Assembly (NCBI RefSeq): GCF_028714775.1 | Contig: NZ_JAQTLS010000016.1 | Span: forward strand, 5,149-69,148 | Length of the DNA stretch: 64,000 bases | Direction of reading: 5' to 3' | DNA from: Thiothrix sp. | GTDB lineage: Bacteria; Pseudomonadota; Gammaproteobacteria; Thiotrichales; Thiotrichaceae | Shown here: positions 10,196-19,800 of the stretch, one piece after another | Position numbering within the stretch: the first letter of the stretch is position 1 | Layout of the letters: each line of letters starts with the position of its first letter | Made by a program: the position numbers and the translations under genes | The notes under the pieces: model-generated | Seen by the model: only the letters and a program-made list of their open reading frames with translations | What the model was told of the DNA's origin: nothing | Databases searched by the model: none

Positions 10196-10807
10196 TTAAT
10201 AATCTCCCAGTTTTTCCCGTAAACTGTGGATGGCGCGGGAATAGTGCGTTTTCACACTGCCCTCTGAACATCGCATTATTTTTGCGGTTTCACTAATATC
10301 GTAGCCCTCCCACGCCCGTAACAGCAATGCTTGTTGTTGACGGAGTGGCAACTGTCCCACGGCTGACAGCATGGTTTCACTCATTTCTTCGTGCAAAGCC
10401 TGACTTTCGGGTTCGAGGAACTGGGTCTGGGCAACCTGATCTTCAGGTTTCAGCCCATCATCGTCCTCATCATCATGTGCCCAGAAAAACACCCGCCAAC
10501 GGTTACGCACTTTCTGACGCCGATGCCAGTCATTGATCCTGCTGTGCAAAATGGCGTGAAATAGCGCACCCCACTCCGCTTCCGGGTGGGACGAATACTT
10601 TTGTACCAGTTTGAACATTGCATCCTGCACAATATCCAACGACTCATCCTCATCCTGAGTCGCCAGACGCGCAATCACGAATGCACGACGTTCCACCCCC
10701 CGTAGGAAGTTGTTCATCCTCGCAGTCGCCGTCAGATTCCGCTCCCTTTGCGTGTTCCGCCCCAACTGGTCATTGTGACCCGTTATCAGTGCCGCAGATT
10801 CGATCAT
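10196..10807 (-). CDS. ECF-subfamily RNA polymerase sigma-70 factor
   Basis: 203 aa with region 2 (DIVQDAMFKLVQKY...HSRINDWHRRQ) and a region 4 HTH (ISETAKIMRCSEGSVKTHYSRAIHSLREKL). Confidence 0.9.
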   Translation of the reverse strand: MIESAALITGHNDQLGRNTQRERNLTATARMNNFLRGVERRAFVIARLATQDEDESLDIVQDAMFKLVQKYSSHPEAEWGALFHAILHSRINDWHRRQKVRNRWRVFFWAHDDEDDDGLKPEDQVAQTQFLEPESQALHEEMSETMLSAVGQLPLRQQQALLLRAWEGYDISETAKIMRCSEGSVKTHYSRAIHSLREKLGDY

Positions 10808-10950
10808 ATTGTTTTAAATCCACCGGACAAATGCCGTGGACTCCCTCCTCAAAACGTTCCAACCATTTAGAAGTTGACATATACGCCCCATTTAGTTGTA
10901 GTTCTGTGAAATAGTTCCATTTCCCTTTGAGACATTACGGAGAGCAAAAA

Positions 10951-11829
10951 ATGCGTTGGAGAACGGGAAGAGAAAGCAGCAATGTGGAAGACCGCCGTGG
11001 TGGCGGCAGCAGTGGCGGTGGTGGTGGCGGCGGTTTCCGTATCGGCCTGATGGGGACAGTGGCTATCGTGCTGGTCGGCTGGTACATGGGCGCAAACCCG
11101 ATCCAACTGCTCGGCTTGGTCGGTGGGGCAAACACCATCCTCGGCGGGTTTGGCGGTTCAGAATCCAGCCAACCAACCAGTGGCACTGGCATTAATGATG
11201 AAGGCAGGAAATTTGTGTCTACTGTCCTCGCCACCACCGAGGATGTCTGGAGGCCGATTTTCAAACAACTTGGTGGGCAGTACACTGAACCCAAACTGGT
11301 GCTGTTTAATGACCAGACCGACTCGGCTTGCGGCTATTCCAGTGCTGCCACTGGGCCATTTTATTGCCCCGGCGACCAAAAGGTTTACATTGACCTAGGC
11401 TTCTTCCGCGAACTCAAAAACTTAGGCGCATCCGGCGACTTTGCCCAAGCCTATGTATTGGGGCATGAAATCGGGCATCACGTGCAAAACCTGCTGGGCA
11501 CTACCGATAAGGTCAGCGCCATGCAAGCACGGGCGAGTGAAAAAGACGGCAATGCCCTATCGGTGGCGCTGGAGTTACAAGCCGACTGTTACGCCGGGGT
11601 TTGGGCAAACCATACTCACCAACAGTTCAATATGTTGGAACAGGGTGATGTAGAGGAAGCGGTCGCTGCCGCCGAGTCCATCGGCGACGACCGTTTGCAG
11701 CGCATGTCTGGAAATTCGGTCAACCCGGACTCGTTCACCCACGGCACATCCAAACAACGCATGGGCTGGTTCCAACGCGGTTTCCAGTCGGGCGACATAC
11801 GCCAGTGCGATACGTTTAGCGGACGCTGA
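10951..11829 (+). CDS. YpfJ-family neutral zinc metallopeptidase
   Basis: Contains MRWRTGRESSNVEDRRGGG, a Gly-rich TM region and the HEIGHH zinc motif. The ATG at 10951 is preceded by GGAGAG; the track start at 10927 is TTG. Confidence 0.85.
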   Translation: MRWRTGRESSNVEDRRGGGSSGGGGGGGFRIGLMGTVAIVLVGWYMGANPIQLLGLVGGANTILGGFGGSESSQPTSGTGINDEGRKFVSTVLATTEDVWRPIFKQLGGQYTEPKLVLFNDQTDSACGYSSAATGPFYCPGDQKVYIDLGFFRELKNLGASGDFAQAYVLGHEIGHHVQNLLGTTDKVSAMQARASEKDGNALSVALELQADCYAGVWANHTHQQFNMLEQGDVEEAVAAAESIGDDRLQRMSGNSVNPDSFTHGTSKQRMGWFQRGFQSGDIRQCDTFSGR

Positions 11830-11831
11830 AA

Positions 11832-13589
11832 CTATTGGCGGTAAATCGCCAGTATTTCCAGCAACCCAATCACTGCCGCATTGTAATCAATGGCGTATTC
11901 ATTCACCGAATACGCCCGTGGATCATCCACATAACTGAGTAGCCCCCGATCACGCGGGGCTACGTTATCTTGCGCAATCACATTCGGCCCACCCACCAGC
12001 AAACCGGGAATAGTGCGCTGGATAGCCGTGCCGAAAAGGTGCAGTGGCGTTTTTACATGCGCTTCGCCCACCGACGTAACAAACGACAGCGCAAAGGGAT
12101 TACGCCCGAATAAGAAATCCACCTGTGCCAAGGCAGCATCCCGATAGCGCTTATCCTGTGTGTAATGCCAAGCGTGCAGCAAGGTAATGCCCTCTTCCAC
12201 CAGCATTTTATTGGAACCCCACACGAGGTGCGGGTTCGCCATCTGGAGCGGGCAATCTGCCACCGTCTGCAACAATTCATCCGCCCTTACCAACAACTTT
12301 TGCTTGATGCTGGCACGTAACGGCGCTAATTCCGCCGACTGGTCGTAGGTCAGCAAATGCCACAATGCTAGCGCAGAAGGGTCTTTCCACTCAAACAGGG
12401 TGTAGGGTGTATCGGGGGCAATTTTCAGGATGTAAGCGCGGTATTTTTTATCCCCTGTCGTCAGATAAAGTTCCACCGCAGCGGCGAGCCGGTCATCGTC
12501 GTCAAACTCCAAACTGGCTTCGGTGTCCGTGCCGGAAGACAAGTATTTGCCAGAACCACCATCGTCACTTTTCTGCCAATCCGCGTCCATATTGGGGTTC
12601 TTTTCCAGCCATGCCCATGCTTTTTCAGCCGCTTGCTGGTAGGTTTTAGCAGCTTGCGGGGAAACCTCACGGTAGGCGCGGGCAGCCAACGCCATACTGG
12701 AGGCAAATTTCGCGGTTTCAGGGGTAGAAACGCCGAAAATCAGGCGTTGCTCGGTGTCGTCTTCGGGCTTACGTGCTGAGACCCATTTGGGGCCTGCCAG
12801 CTTGCGGTAAACCGCACCATCCTGACGCTGCATTTTCAGCATCCAATCCAATTCAAAGGCCACTTCGTCCAACAGGTCGGGCTTGCCGTTGCTGGATTCG
12901 GGGATTTGTAAAGCACCATCCTGATAGCGTTGTGGCTGCATCAAGTAGAGGCTTAGCAAGCGGTTGACCGTGACCGTCGCGGTTGCCATGTATTTGCCGA
13001 AATCGCCCGCATCGTGCCAACCGCCTTGCGCTTCGTGCGGCTCGCCTGCCTTACTGAAGGCATCATCGCGGGCATATACCGCATCGTTGGCATGGCAAGC
13101 CTCATGCCCAATACCGCTGACCGGATCGCGTAATGCTACCCCGCAACGTTGCAGGTAATAACTGCGTTGCAGCAACCACGACGGGCTGGCGTAAACATCC
13201 GCACCGATCTGGAAAGCCGCCGATTTAAGTGAACCTTGCTGGAGGAAATACTCACCGGGCAATTGGACGTTGCTGAAATCCACCCACTGCCAGCGCAAGC
13301 CTTGCGGCGTAGTAGTGGCCTCACCCAAAGGCAAGGTCGCCATTAGCATATTGCTATGGGTTTGGCGCAGTTCCAACGGTGCGGTGGCATCCGCATTCAG
13401 GATGATCGCGCGTTTAGGGGCATCCGGCAGATAACCAGCTTGGTTTACGCCAATACGCGCTTCCTGCCTAACGCTGGCAACGTCAGAGGGAACTGTTTCG
13501 CTGGGGTCAGCCGGTTGCAGGGCGAGGGCATTTGTCCCCCACAGGCACAACAGCAGCAGGGGTAAACGCAATCGGTGAATGTTTGGCAT
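11832..13589 (-). CDS. Secreted glycoside hydrolase family 9 endoglucanase (with N-terminal Ig-like CelD domain)
   Basis: Signal peptide MPNIHRLRLPLLLLCLWGTNALA, N-terminal VNQAGYLPDAPKRAIILN, GH9 signature GGWHDAGDFGKY and C-terminal NEYAIDYNA. Confidence 0.85.
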   Translation of the reverse strand: MPNIHRLRLPLLLLCLWGTNALALQPADPSETVPSDVASVRQEARIGVNQAGYLPDAPKRAIILNADATAPLELRQTHSNMLMATLPLGEATTTPQGLRWQWVDFSNVQLPGEYFLQQGSLKSAAFQIGADVYASPSWLLQRSYYLQRCGVALRDPVSGIGHEACHANDAVYARDDAFSKAGEPHEAQGGWHDAGDFGKYMATATVTVNRLLSLYLMQPQRYQDGALQIPESSNGKPDLLDEVAFELDWMLKMQRQDGAVYRKLAGPKWVSARKPEDDTEQRLIFGVSTPETAKFASSMALAARAYREVSPQAAKTYQQAAEKAWAWLEKNPNMDADWQKSDDGGSGKYLSSGTDTEASLEFDDDDRLAAAVELYLTTGDKKYRAYILKIAPDTPYTLFEWKDPSALALWHLLTYDQSAELAPLRASIKQKLLVRADELLQTVADCPLQMANPHLVWGSNKMLVEEGITLLHAWHYTQDKRYRDAALAQVDFLFGRNPFALSFVTSVGEAHVKTPLHLFGTAIQRTIPGLLVGGPNVIAQDNVAPRDRGLLSYVDDPRAYSVNEYAIDYNAAVIGLLEILAIYRQ

Positions 13590-13632
13590 GGCGGCTTCCA
13601 TTTATTGTTGTATTCATGCGGAAGCCTCCAAT

Positions 13633-14256
13633 CTAGCGGTATTCCACCAAATCGTCCAGTGCTTGGCGCAGACGGGGCGTTTGTTCGCCAGCGCGGTAGC
13701 CGAATGCCACTGCCACCGCCACGCCGTAACGTTGGGTGTCGATTTCCAGCAGCGTTTCCACGCCTTCTTTGGACATGCCTTCAATCGGGCAGGAATCAAT
13801 CCCCAAACTCGCCGCGCCCGTCATCATGTTTGCCAGCGCGATATAGCACTGCTTGGAACTCCACGCGAAGGTATTCATGTACGGTCGGATTTCAGCATCA
13901 TAGTGAGCGGCATATTTCGCCAGATACGCTTGCTTAGCCGCTTCCGGCAAACCCCGGCGCTCGAATAGGCGTTGCACGTATTCACTGCCCGGCTCTACCT
14001 CGGCAACTTTCGCCAGAATCACCACCACGTGGCTGCTATCGGTAATCTGCGGCTGGTTCCAGCACACTTCGCGCAATTTCGCCCGCAACGCCGGGGTTTG
14101 TACCACCACGAAACGCCAGTGTTCCATGCCAAACGACGACGGCGACAGGTGGGCAAATTCCAGAATCTGCTGAAATTCGTCAGCGGGAATGGTGCGTGCC
14201 GGATCGAATTTCTTGCAGGCATGGCGGAAGGACATCGCTTGCATGAATGCTTGCAT
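13633..14256 (-). CDS. NAD(P)H nitroreductase-family oxidoreductase
   Basis: 207-aa nitroreductase fold (RHACKKFD, SPSSFGMEHWRF, IDSCPIEG). AGGAG ribosome-binding site. Confidence 0.85.
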   Translation of the reverse strand: MQAFMQAMSFRHACKKFDPARTIPADEFQQILEFAHLSPSSFGMEHWRFVVVQTPALRAKLREVCWNQPQITDSSHVVVILAKVAEVEPGSEYVQRLFERRGLPEAAKQAYLAKYAAHYDAEIRPYMNTFAWSSKQCYIALANMMTGAASLGIDSCPIEGMSKEGVETLLEIDTQRYGVAVAVAFGYRAGEQTPRLRQALDDLVEYR

Positions 14257-14340
14257 GGTTAAAACTCCTTAACTTAAAACGCTGGGATAAATGCGCTACA
14301 GTATAGCCACACCTCCATGCTCTGGAATAGGGAAGCAACA

Positions 14341-15069
14341 ATGATAACGGGATTATTCAAAGGCTTTGGCTATGTGTTTAGCGGCCTGTCACTCATTACC
14401 CAGCGCGGCATCCGCCCGTTTGTGCTGGTTCCACTGCTGATTAATACGGTGCTGTTTGCGGGTGGCGTATGGCTGGCAAAGTCCCAACTTGACTACTGGA
14501 TGACGCGCCTGCTGCCAAGCTGGTTGGCATGGCTGGAATGGTTACTGTGGCCTGTATTCGCCGTGCTGATTTTCTTCGTGGTGTTTTACGTGTTTTCCAT
14601 CGTAGCGAATATCCTTGCCGCACCCTTTAACTCGGTACTGGCAGAACGGGTGGAAGCCCGCATCAATGGGTTGCCTGTCCCCGAATTTGCGGGCTATGGC
14701 AGCATCCCCGCACTGGTTGCCCGCACCTTCCGCAGTGAACTGAGCAAATTGTGGTACATGGGCAAGTGGTTCATCTTGCTGCTGATCCTGACCGTGATCC
14801 CGGTAGTAAACATTGCCGCACCCGTAGCGTGGATGCTGTTCGGCGCGTGGATGCTGGCGATTGAATACGCCGACTACCCGATGGGCAACCACAACCTGTT
14901 TTTCACCGATGAACTCAAGGCATTGAAGAAAAACCGCCCGGAAGCGTTAGGCTTTGGCGGGCTGCTGTCGCTGATGACCGCGATCCCGGTACTGAATTTC
15001 CTCGTCATGCCCGTGGGTGTGGCAGGTGGTACTGCGTTGTGGGTACAGAAACTTTCCAAAAACGCCTGA
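14341..15069 (+). CDS. cysZ: Sulfate transporter CysZ
   Basis: MITGLFKGFGYVFSGLSLITQRGIRPFVLVPLLINTVLF parallels the E. coli CysZ N-terminus. It has 4+ TM segments and YADYPMGNH. Confidence 0.85.
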   Translation: MITGLFKGFGYVFSGLSLITQRGIRPFVLVPLLINTVLFAGGVWLAKSQLDYWMTRLLPSWLAWLEWLLWPVFAVLIFFVVFYVFSIVANILAAPFNSVLAERVEARINGLPVPEFAGYGSIPALVARTFRSELSKLWYMGKWFILLLILTVIPVVNIAAPVAWMLFGAWMLAIEYADYPMGNHNLFFTDELKALKKNRPEALGFGGLLSLMTAIPVLNFLVMPVGVAGGTALWVQKLSKNA

Positions 15070-15072
15070 ACG

Positions 15073-15627
15073 TTAAGTAGCCAACTTCACCGTCATCGGC
15101 GGGCATTCAAAATTATGCACCGGAAACACCCCGTGCTTACGGTCGTGGAAGTAGCGTTCCAGCGTTTTGCGTACCGTGTGGAACGCCAACTCATCCCACG
15201 GAACTTCTGCTTCGTGAAACAAGCGGGTTTCAAGGCTTTCCGTGCCGGGGGAAAAGGCATCTTCTGCCGGTAATTCGCCGCGATAAATCATGTACACCTG
15301 ATTCGCATGGGGCAAGCTAATCACCGTGTACAACGTCAAATTGCTGACGGGCGCATTGGCCTCTTCGTGGGTTTCACGGGCAGCGGCTTGGTCGGTAGTT
15401 TCACCGTTTTCCATGAAACCGGCAGGCAGCGTCCACAAGCCGTAGCGCGGCTCAATCGCGCGGCGGCACAGCAGCACTTGCTCGCCCCACAACGGCAATA
15501 CCCCCGCGATGATTTTGGGGTTTTGGTAATGGATGATGCCGCAACTGTCGCAAATAAAGCGCAGCCGGGTTTCGCCCTCAGGCATTTTATGGGTGACAGT
15601 TGCGCCACAATCACTGCAATACTTCAT
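15073..15627 (-). CDS. NUDIX hydrolase with N-terminal zinc ribbon
   Basis: CSDC..CDSC zinc ribbon and Nudix box GFMENGETTDQAAARETHEEANA. Confidence 0.85.
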   Translation of the reverse strand: MKYCSDCGATVTHKMPEGETRLRFICDSCGIIHYQNPKIIAGVLPLWGEQVLLCRRAIEPRYGLWTLPAGFMENGETTDQAAARETHEEANAPVSNLTLYTVISLPHANQVYMIYRGELPAEDAFSPGTESLETRLFHEAEVPWDELAFHTVRKTLERYFHDRKHGVFPVHNFECPPMTVKLAT

Positions 15628-15700
15628 TTATTTGAACCCTTCGCCAATTTCTGTGGTCTGATAGTACATGGCTGTTGAGCCTGAAAAAAGGAGCATCCCG

Positions 15701-15958
15701 ATGAAAAAAACGATATTACTTTCCATGTTGGTGTTAGGTATGACCGCCTGCGTCGAAAACCCACCACGCCACGATAACCACCGTGTCCACACATGGTGCG
15801 AAAACCATCCGCTGGAATGCCGCGACCATAACCGCAATGACCGTGACAACGATCCGCCCGGCCCACGCGGTGGCCCTGGCACAAACTGGGAAAATCCACG
15901 TGGCCCGATTGGTGGCCCCGGCGCAAGCCCAGACATCCGTCACCCACGCCGTTGGTGA
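15701..15958 (+). CDS. Small lipoprotein, His/Asn/Pro/Gly-rich (hypothetical)
   Basis: The ATG at 15701 has AAGGAG upstream. Signal and lipobox MKKTILLSMLVLGMTAC. Low-complexity mature part. Confidence 0.5.
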   Translation: MKKTILLSMLVLGMTACVENPPRHDNHRVHTWCENHPLECRDHNRNDRDNDPPGPRGGPGTNWENPRGPIGGPGASPDIRHPRRW

Positions 15959-16072
15959 TAACGGAAGCACTCAACCGTCGTCCACTATCCCTGTAGTGGC
16001 GGCGGTCGAGACCCAATTCCTGCCAAATCCAACCCTGCACCTGTTTTCAGGGGTATTTTCTAGGGCATCGCT

Positions 16073-16702
16073 TCAAAGGGGGCTGGCAACAGCCAAGGGA
16101 TAAGCTGCCAAGCCCTGCATAATATTCTGGAACAGCACCTCGAATATCCCCTCCCCCACCACATCCAAACGCAGATGCCCATCCACCAACAGGCTACTCA
16201 TACCGTGCATGGTTGACCAGACAAACAATGCCTGCTGCCCCTTATCACCCACCTGCACCAACCCGGCATCTTGGCATTCCTGCAACATCAACAGCAATTC
16301 CTCAAATGAACTGGCGCGGGATTGTGCCAGTTCTGGGGTTTGGTTTGCCCCCATCAGCGGCTCACGGAACAGCAGCCGGTAATAGTCTGGATTGCCAACA
16401 GCAAACGTGAAGTAGGCGATGACCATTTGCCGGAAACGTTCTTGTGGGGGCAATTGCGCTTGCAGGCGGATGTCACGCAGCATGAGTTTGAAACGCCCAC
16501 AAGCCCGTTCCGCCACTGCACACAGCAGCAGGTTTTTGCTGGCAAAATGCCGGTAAGGGGCAGAGCGAGTCACCCCTAAGCGCAGCCCCAATTCTTGCAA
16601 GGTGATGCTGTCCAACTGACACCCTGCCAACATCTTTTCCGTTTCTTGGATCAGCGCCTCACGCAGGTTGGGGTGGTGGTAAGTGTCTTTTTTCTCGGTC
16701 AT
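16073..16702 (-). CDS. TetR-family transcriptional regulator
   Basis: N-terminal HTH (ITLQELGLRLGVTRSAPYRHFASKNLL). Divergent from the GH5 gene. The start is chosen at MTEKKDTYHHPNLREALI; the track start at 16741 is TTG. Confidence 0.85.
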   Translation of the reverse strand: MTEKKDTYHHPNLREALIQETEKMLAGCQLDSITLQELGLRLGVTRSAPYRHFASKNLLLCAVAERACGRFKLMLRDIRLQAQLPPQERFRQMVIAYFTFAVGNPDYYRLLFREPLMGANQTPELAQSRASSFEELLLMLQECQDAGLVQVGDKGQQALFVWSTMHGMSSLLVDGHLRLDVVGEGIFEVLFQNIMQGLAAYPLAVASPL

Positions 16703-16864
16703 ATAGGAAATGCCATTATCCATCTTTATAAAGTTTGACAATGGTCAATATTAATACGTAGCATTAATGTAATCATTGTTAACATTGTTGGCAGTGAGTG
16801 ATAGCAGCACTGGCAATTACCGATGATTCTACATGAATAAGATTAATGCGAGGGAATTTCAACT

Positions 16865-19800
16865 ATGAAGCGTAAAACGTGGTTTTATGCCTTGCCGTTG
16901 GTATTGGCGGTGCAAGGTGCTTTGGCTGGGACAAACTTGGTTACGGACGGCGGTTTTGAAAGCGGTTCGCTAGCATGGGCAAGTACCAAATCCATCCTCA
17001 CCCTTGACCCTGTGGCAGCTTATGCCGGACAAGCTGGGATGAAAGTCAATTCCGCCTATAGCGGGTGTGCTACCGGGGCACTGTACACCTTGAACACCGC
17101 CAACCTGCAAAATGGCACACTCTACGAATTTGGGGCGCGGGTACGCTTGAGCAGTGGTGTGGGCAGTTCTGCCAACCTTTCCCTTGGTTTGATCAAGAAC
17201 GGGGCTAGCCCAATCACCCTGGATGGCGAGCAATCCAGCTACGATGCCGGGGTTTATCCCGACAAATGGACGCAGGTGTTTGGGGTGTGGCAAGCCAGTT
17301 TTACCCCCACCGACACGCTCAAAGTCTGTATTAGCGGGGCTGCCAACAAACCGTTCCATGTGGATGAAGTGTTTGTGAAACCACTGACCACAGACGAGGT
17401 TGGCTACCAACCGCCCGCAACGCTGGATACTTCGGCCTTGATCCATGCTGATGGCAACCGCTTGGTGATGGGGACGCAAAAAACCCCGTTCCTGATGAAA
17501 GGGATCAACGTTTACCTGTATGACCAAGGCAATGATGTTGACCCACCGCCACCCCTCGACGATTTCAAGTACAAAAATATTGATGCGGCATCTTATAAAG
17601 AAATCCGTGACCTCGGCTTCAACAGTGTGCGCCTGATGCTATCTTACAACCTGTTTGAGAACAGCACCGCACCCGGTGTCTACAAGAATGAAGGCTGGGC
17701 ATTAGTTGACCGGCATATCCAGTGGGCCAAACAAAACGGCTTGCGTTTGATACTGGATATGCACGTCCCACCCGGTGGCTACCAAAGCAACGATTTCACT
17801 GGGTTTGGTAGCCGTGCTGACCTGAAAAAACGCTTGGAAGATTTGTGGGTGGCCATCGCCCAGCGTTACCGCAATGAAACCACCATCGCCGCTTATGACT
17901 TGATTAATGAACCGCACATCAACAACTGGTTTATATACGCCCAAACCCTGATCAGCAAAATCCGTGCGGTGGACAGCAACCATTTGATTGACGTGGAGGT
18001 GTCTTTCCACCCCAGCGACATCGGCATGTACAAACTGGCGGACAACAATATCCTGTACGATGTCCACTGGTATGAGCCTTGGAGTTGGGCAGGTTCACAT
18101 ACCAACAATACGCCTTACGTTGGCACATTGGCACAGTTCAAACAGCAGCTCCGTGAAGGGGAAGGCTTGACTGAGTTCTACGATGCCGCCACTGACAGCT
18201 TTACCGTGCCGTTCAACATTGGTGAATACGGGGTCACGTTCGAGAAATACGAATTGGCAGGTGTAAACGGGGAGACATGGTTGCAACACGCCAATGCCGC
18301 GTTTGACCATTTCGGTATCAGCCGCCAGTTGTTCCACTACAACGAGCCGAACTTTGGCATTTACCGGGGTTGGAACAGCTACCCTAATGAACACACAAAG
18401 ACCACTGTGGCTCTCAAGGAAGCACTGCCAACCATCAACGGTGTTAATGGCATCAATCCCGATGCCTTCAGCTTCACCGACCAGACCGACGTGGCACGAT
18501 CCACCGTAATCACCTCCGACACCATCACCGTTAGCGGTCTTAAAGTGGCGGCAGACATCGGCGTGAGTGAAGGGGAATACCGCATCAACGGCGGGGCGTA
18601 CACATCTGCGGCGGGGACGGTCAACAATGGTGACACGGTGCAAGTACAGCACACATCATCTGCCAGTTATGCCACTGCCACCAATACTGTCCTGAGCATC
18701 GGCAGTGTGTCAGACACCTTTAGCTCCACCACGCTTGCAGACCCGAATGATACGACCCCCAACCCATTCAGCTTCACCGACCAAACGGGCGTGGCGCTAT
18801 CCACCCTGACGGAATCCAACGGTATCACCCTTGGTGGGATCAACAGTGCTGCGCCGGTTTCAGTCACTGGAGGGGAATACCGCATCAACGGCGGGGCGTA
18901 CACCTCGGCAGCGGGGACGGTCAATAACGGCGACCAAGTAAAGGTGCGCCACATGTCTTCCGACCTGTCTAAAACCAAGGTGAACACTATCCTGACCATC
19001 GGCAGCGTATCCGACACGTTCACCAGCACCACAGCTACCGCCGACACCAAGCCGAATGCCTTCAGTTTTGCTGCACAGAAGGATGTTCCGCTGAACAGTA
19101 CGGTTGAATCCGCCAACATCACAGTCAGCGGGATCAATGCGCCTGCCAGCATCAGCGTAAGTTCCGGCAGTGGCAGCTCCTACAGCGTCAACGGCGGAGC
19201 TTATAGCAGCACAGCGGGTAAAGTGAGCAACGGGGACAGCGTGAAGGTGCGGCATACCTCGTCCGGCAAATCTAATGCCAGTGTGACCACCACCATCACT
19301 ATTGGCGGGGTCAATGGAGCCTTTAAAAGCACCACTGGTGATGTCACACCTAACACTTTCAGCTTTGTCACCAAAGCCAGCGCCGCCCTTGCCACACCCG
19401 TTGAATCCGGGGTCGTGACCATCGGCGGCATCACGCTTCCGACCGCCATCAACGTGGCAAACGGCGAGTACCGCGTCAACGGTGGAACATATACCGCTAC
19501 TGCTGGGACGGTCAGCAACGGCGACAAGGTGCAAGTGCGGCACACGACTTCCGCTAGTTTCTCCACCAGCGTCACTACCACGTTGACTGTCGGCGGGGTC
19601 AACGGCGTGTTCAAGAGCACTACGTTGGCGAAGGACACTAGGCCGGATGCTTTCATCTTCAACGCGCAGACGGGTGTTGCGCCTTCAACAGTGGTTGAAT
19701 CCAATGCCATCACGGTCAGCGGGATTAATGCAGCAGCCAGCATCAGTGTTACCGGCACGGGTGCGGCCTACAGCATCAACGGTGGGGCATACACCAGCGC

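Noticed and set aside
10838-10861. Possible ECF-type autoregulatory promoter (TGGAAC ... GTCC) upstream of the ECF sigma gene.
   Set aside because: The spacer between GGAAC and GTC is only about 14 nt, against the usual 16-17, and a second GGAAC nearby is equally (un)convincing. The call cannot be supported without a consensus for this ECF group.
15624-16040. 138-aa and 102-aa minus-strand ORFs, and the plus-strand 15783-16103 ORF.
   Set aside because: They have no ribosome-binding site and Gly/Arg/Pro-rich translations. They overlap the small lipoprotein gene at 15701-15958, which has a strong ribosome-binding site, signal peptide and lipobox.
16750-16789. ATTAAT-N7-ATTAAT and a CATTGTT-AA-CATTGTT / TGTTAACA palindrome between the TetR gene and the GH5 gene, as candidate TetR operators.
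   Set aside because: The arms are short and AT-only in an AT-rich intergenic region, so they cannot be told from chance by eye. They are worth testing only if the TetR-GH5 link is pursued.
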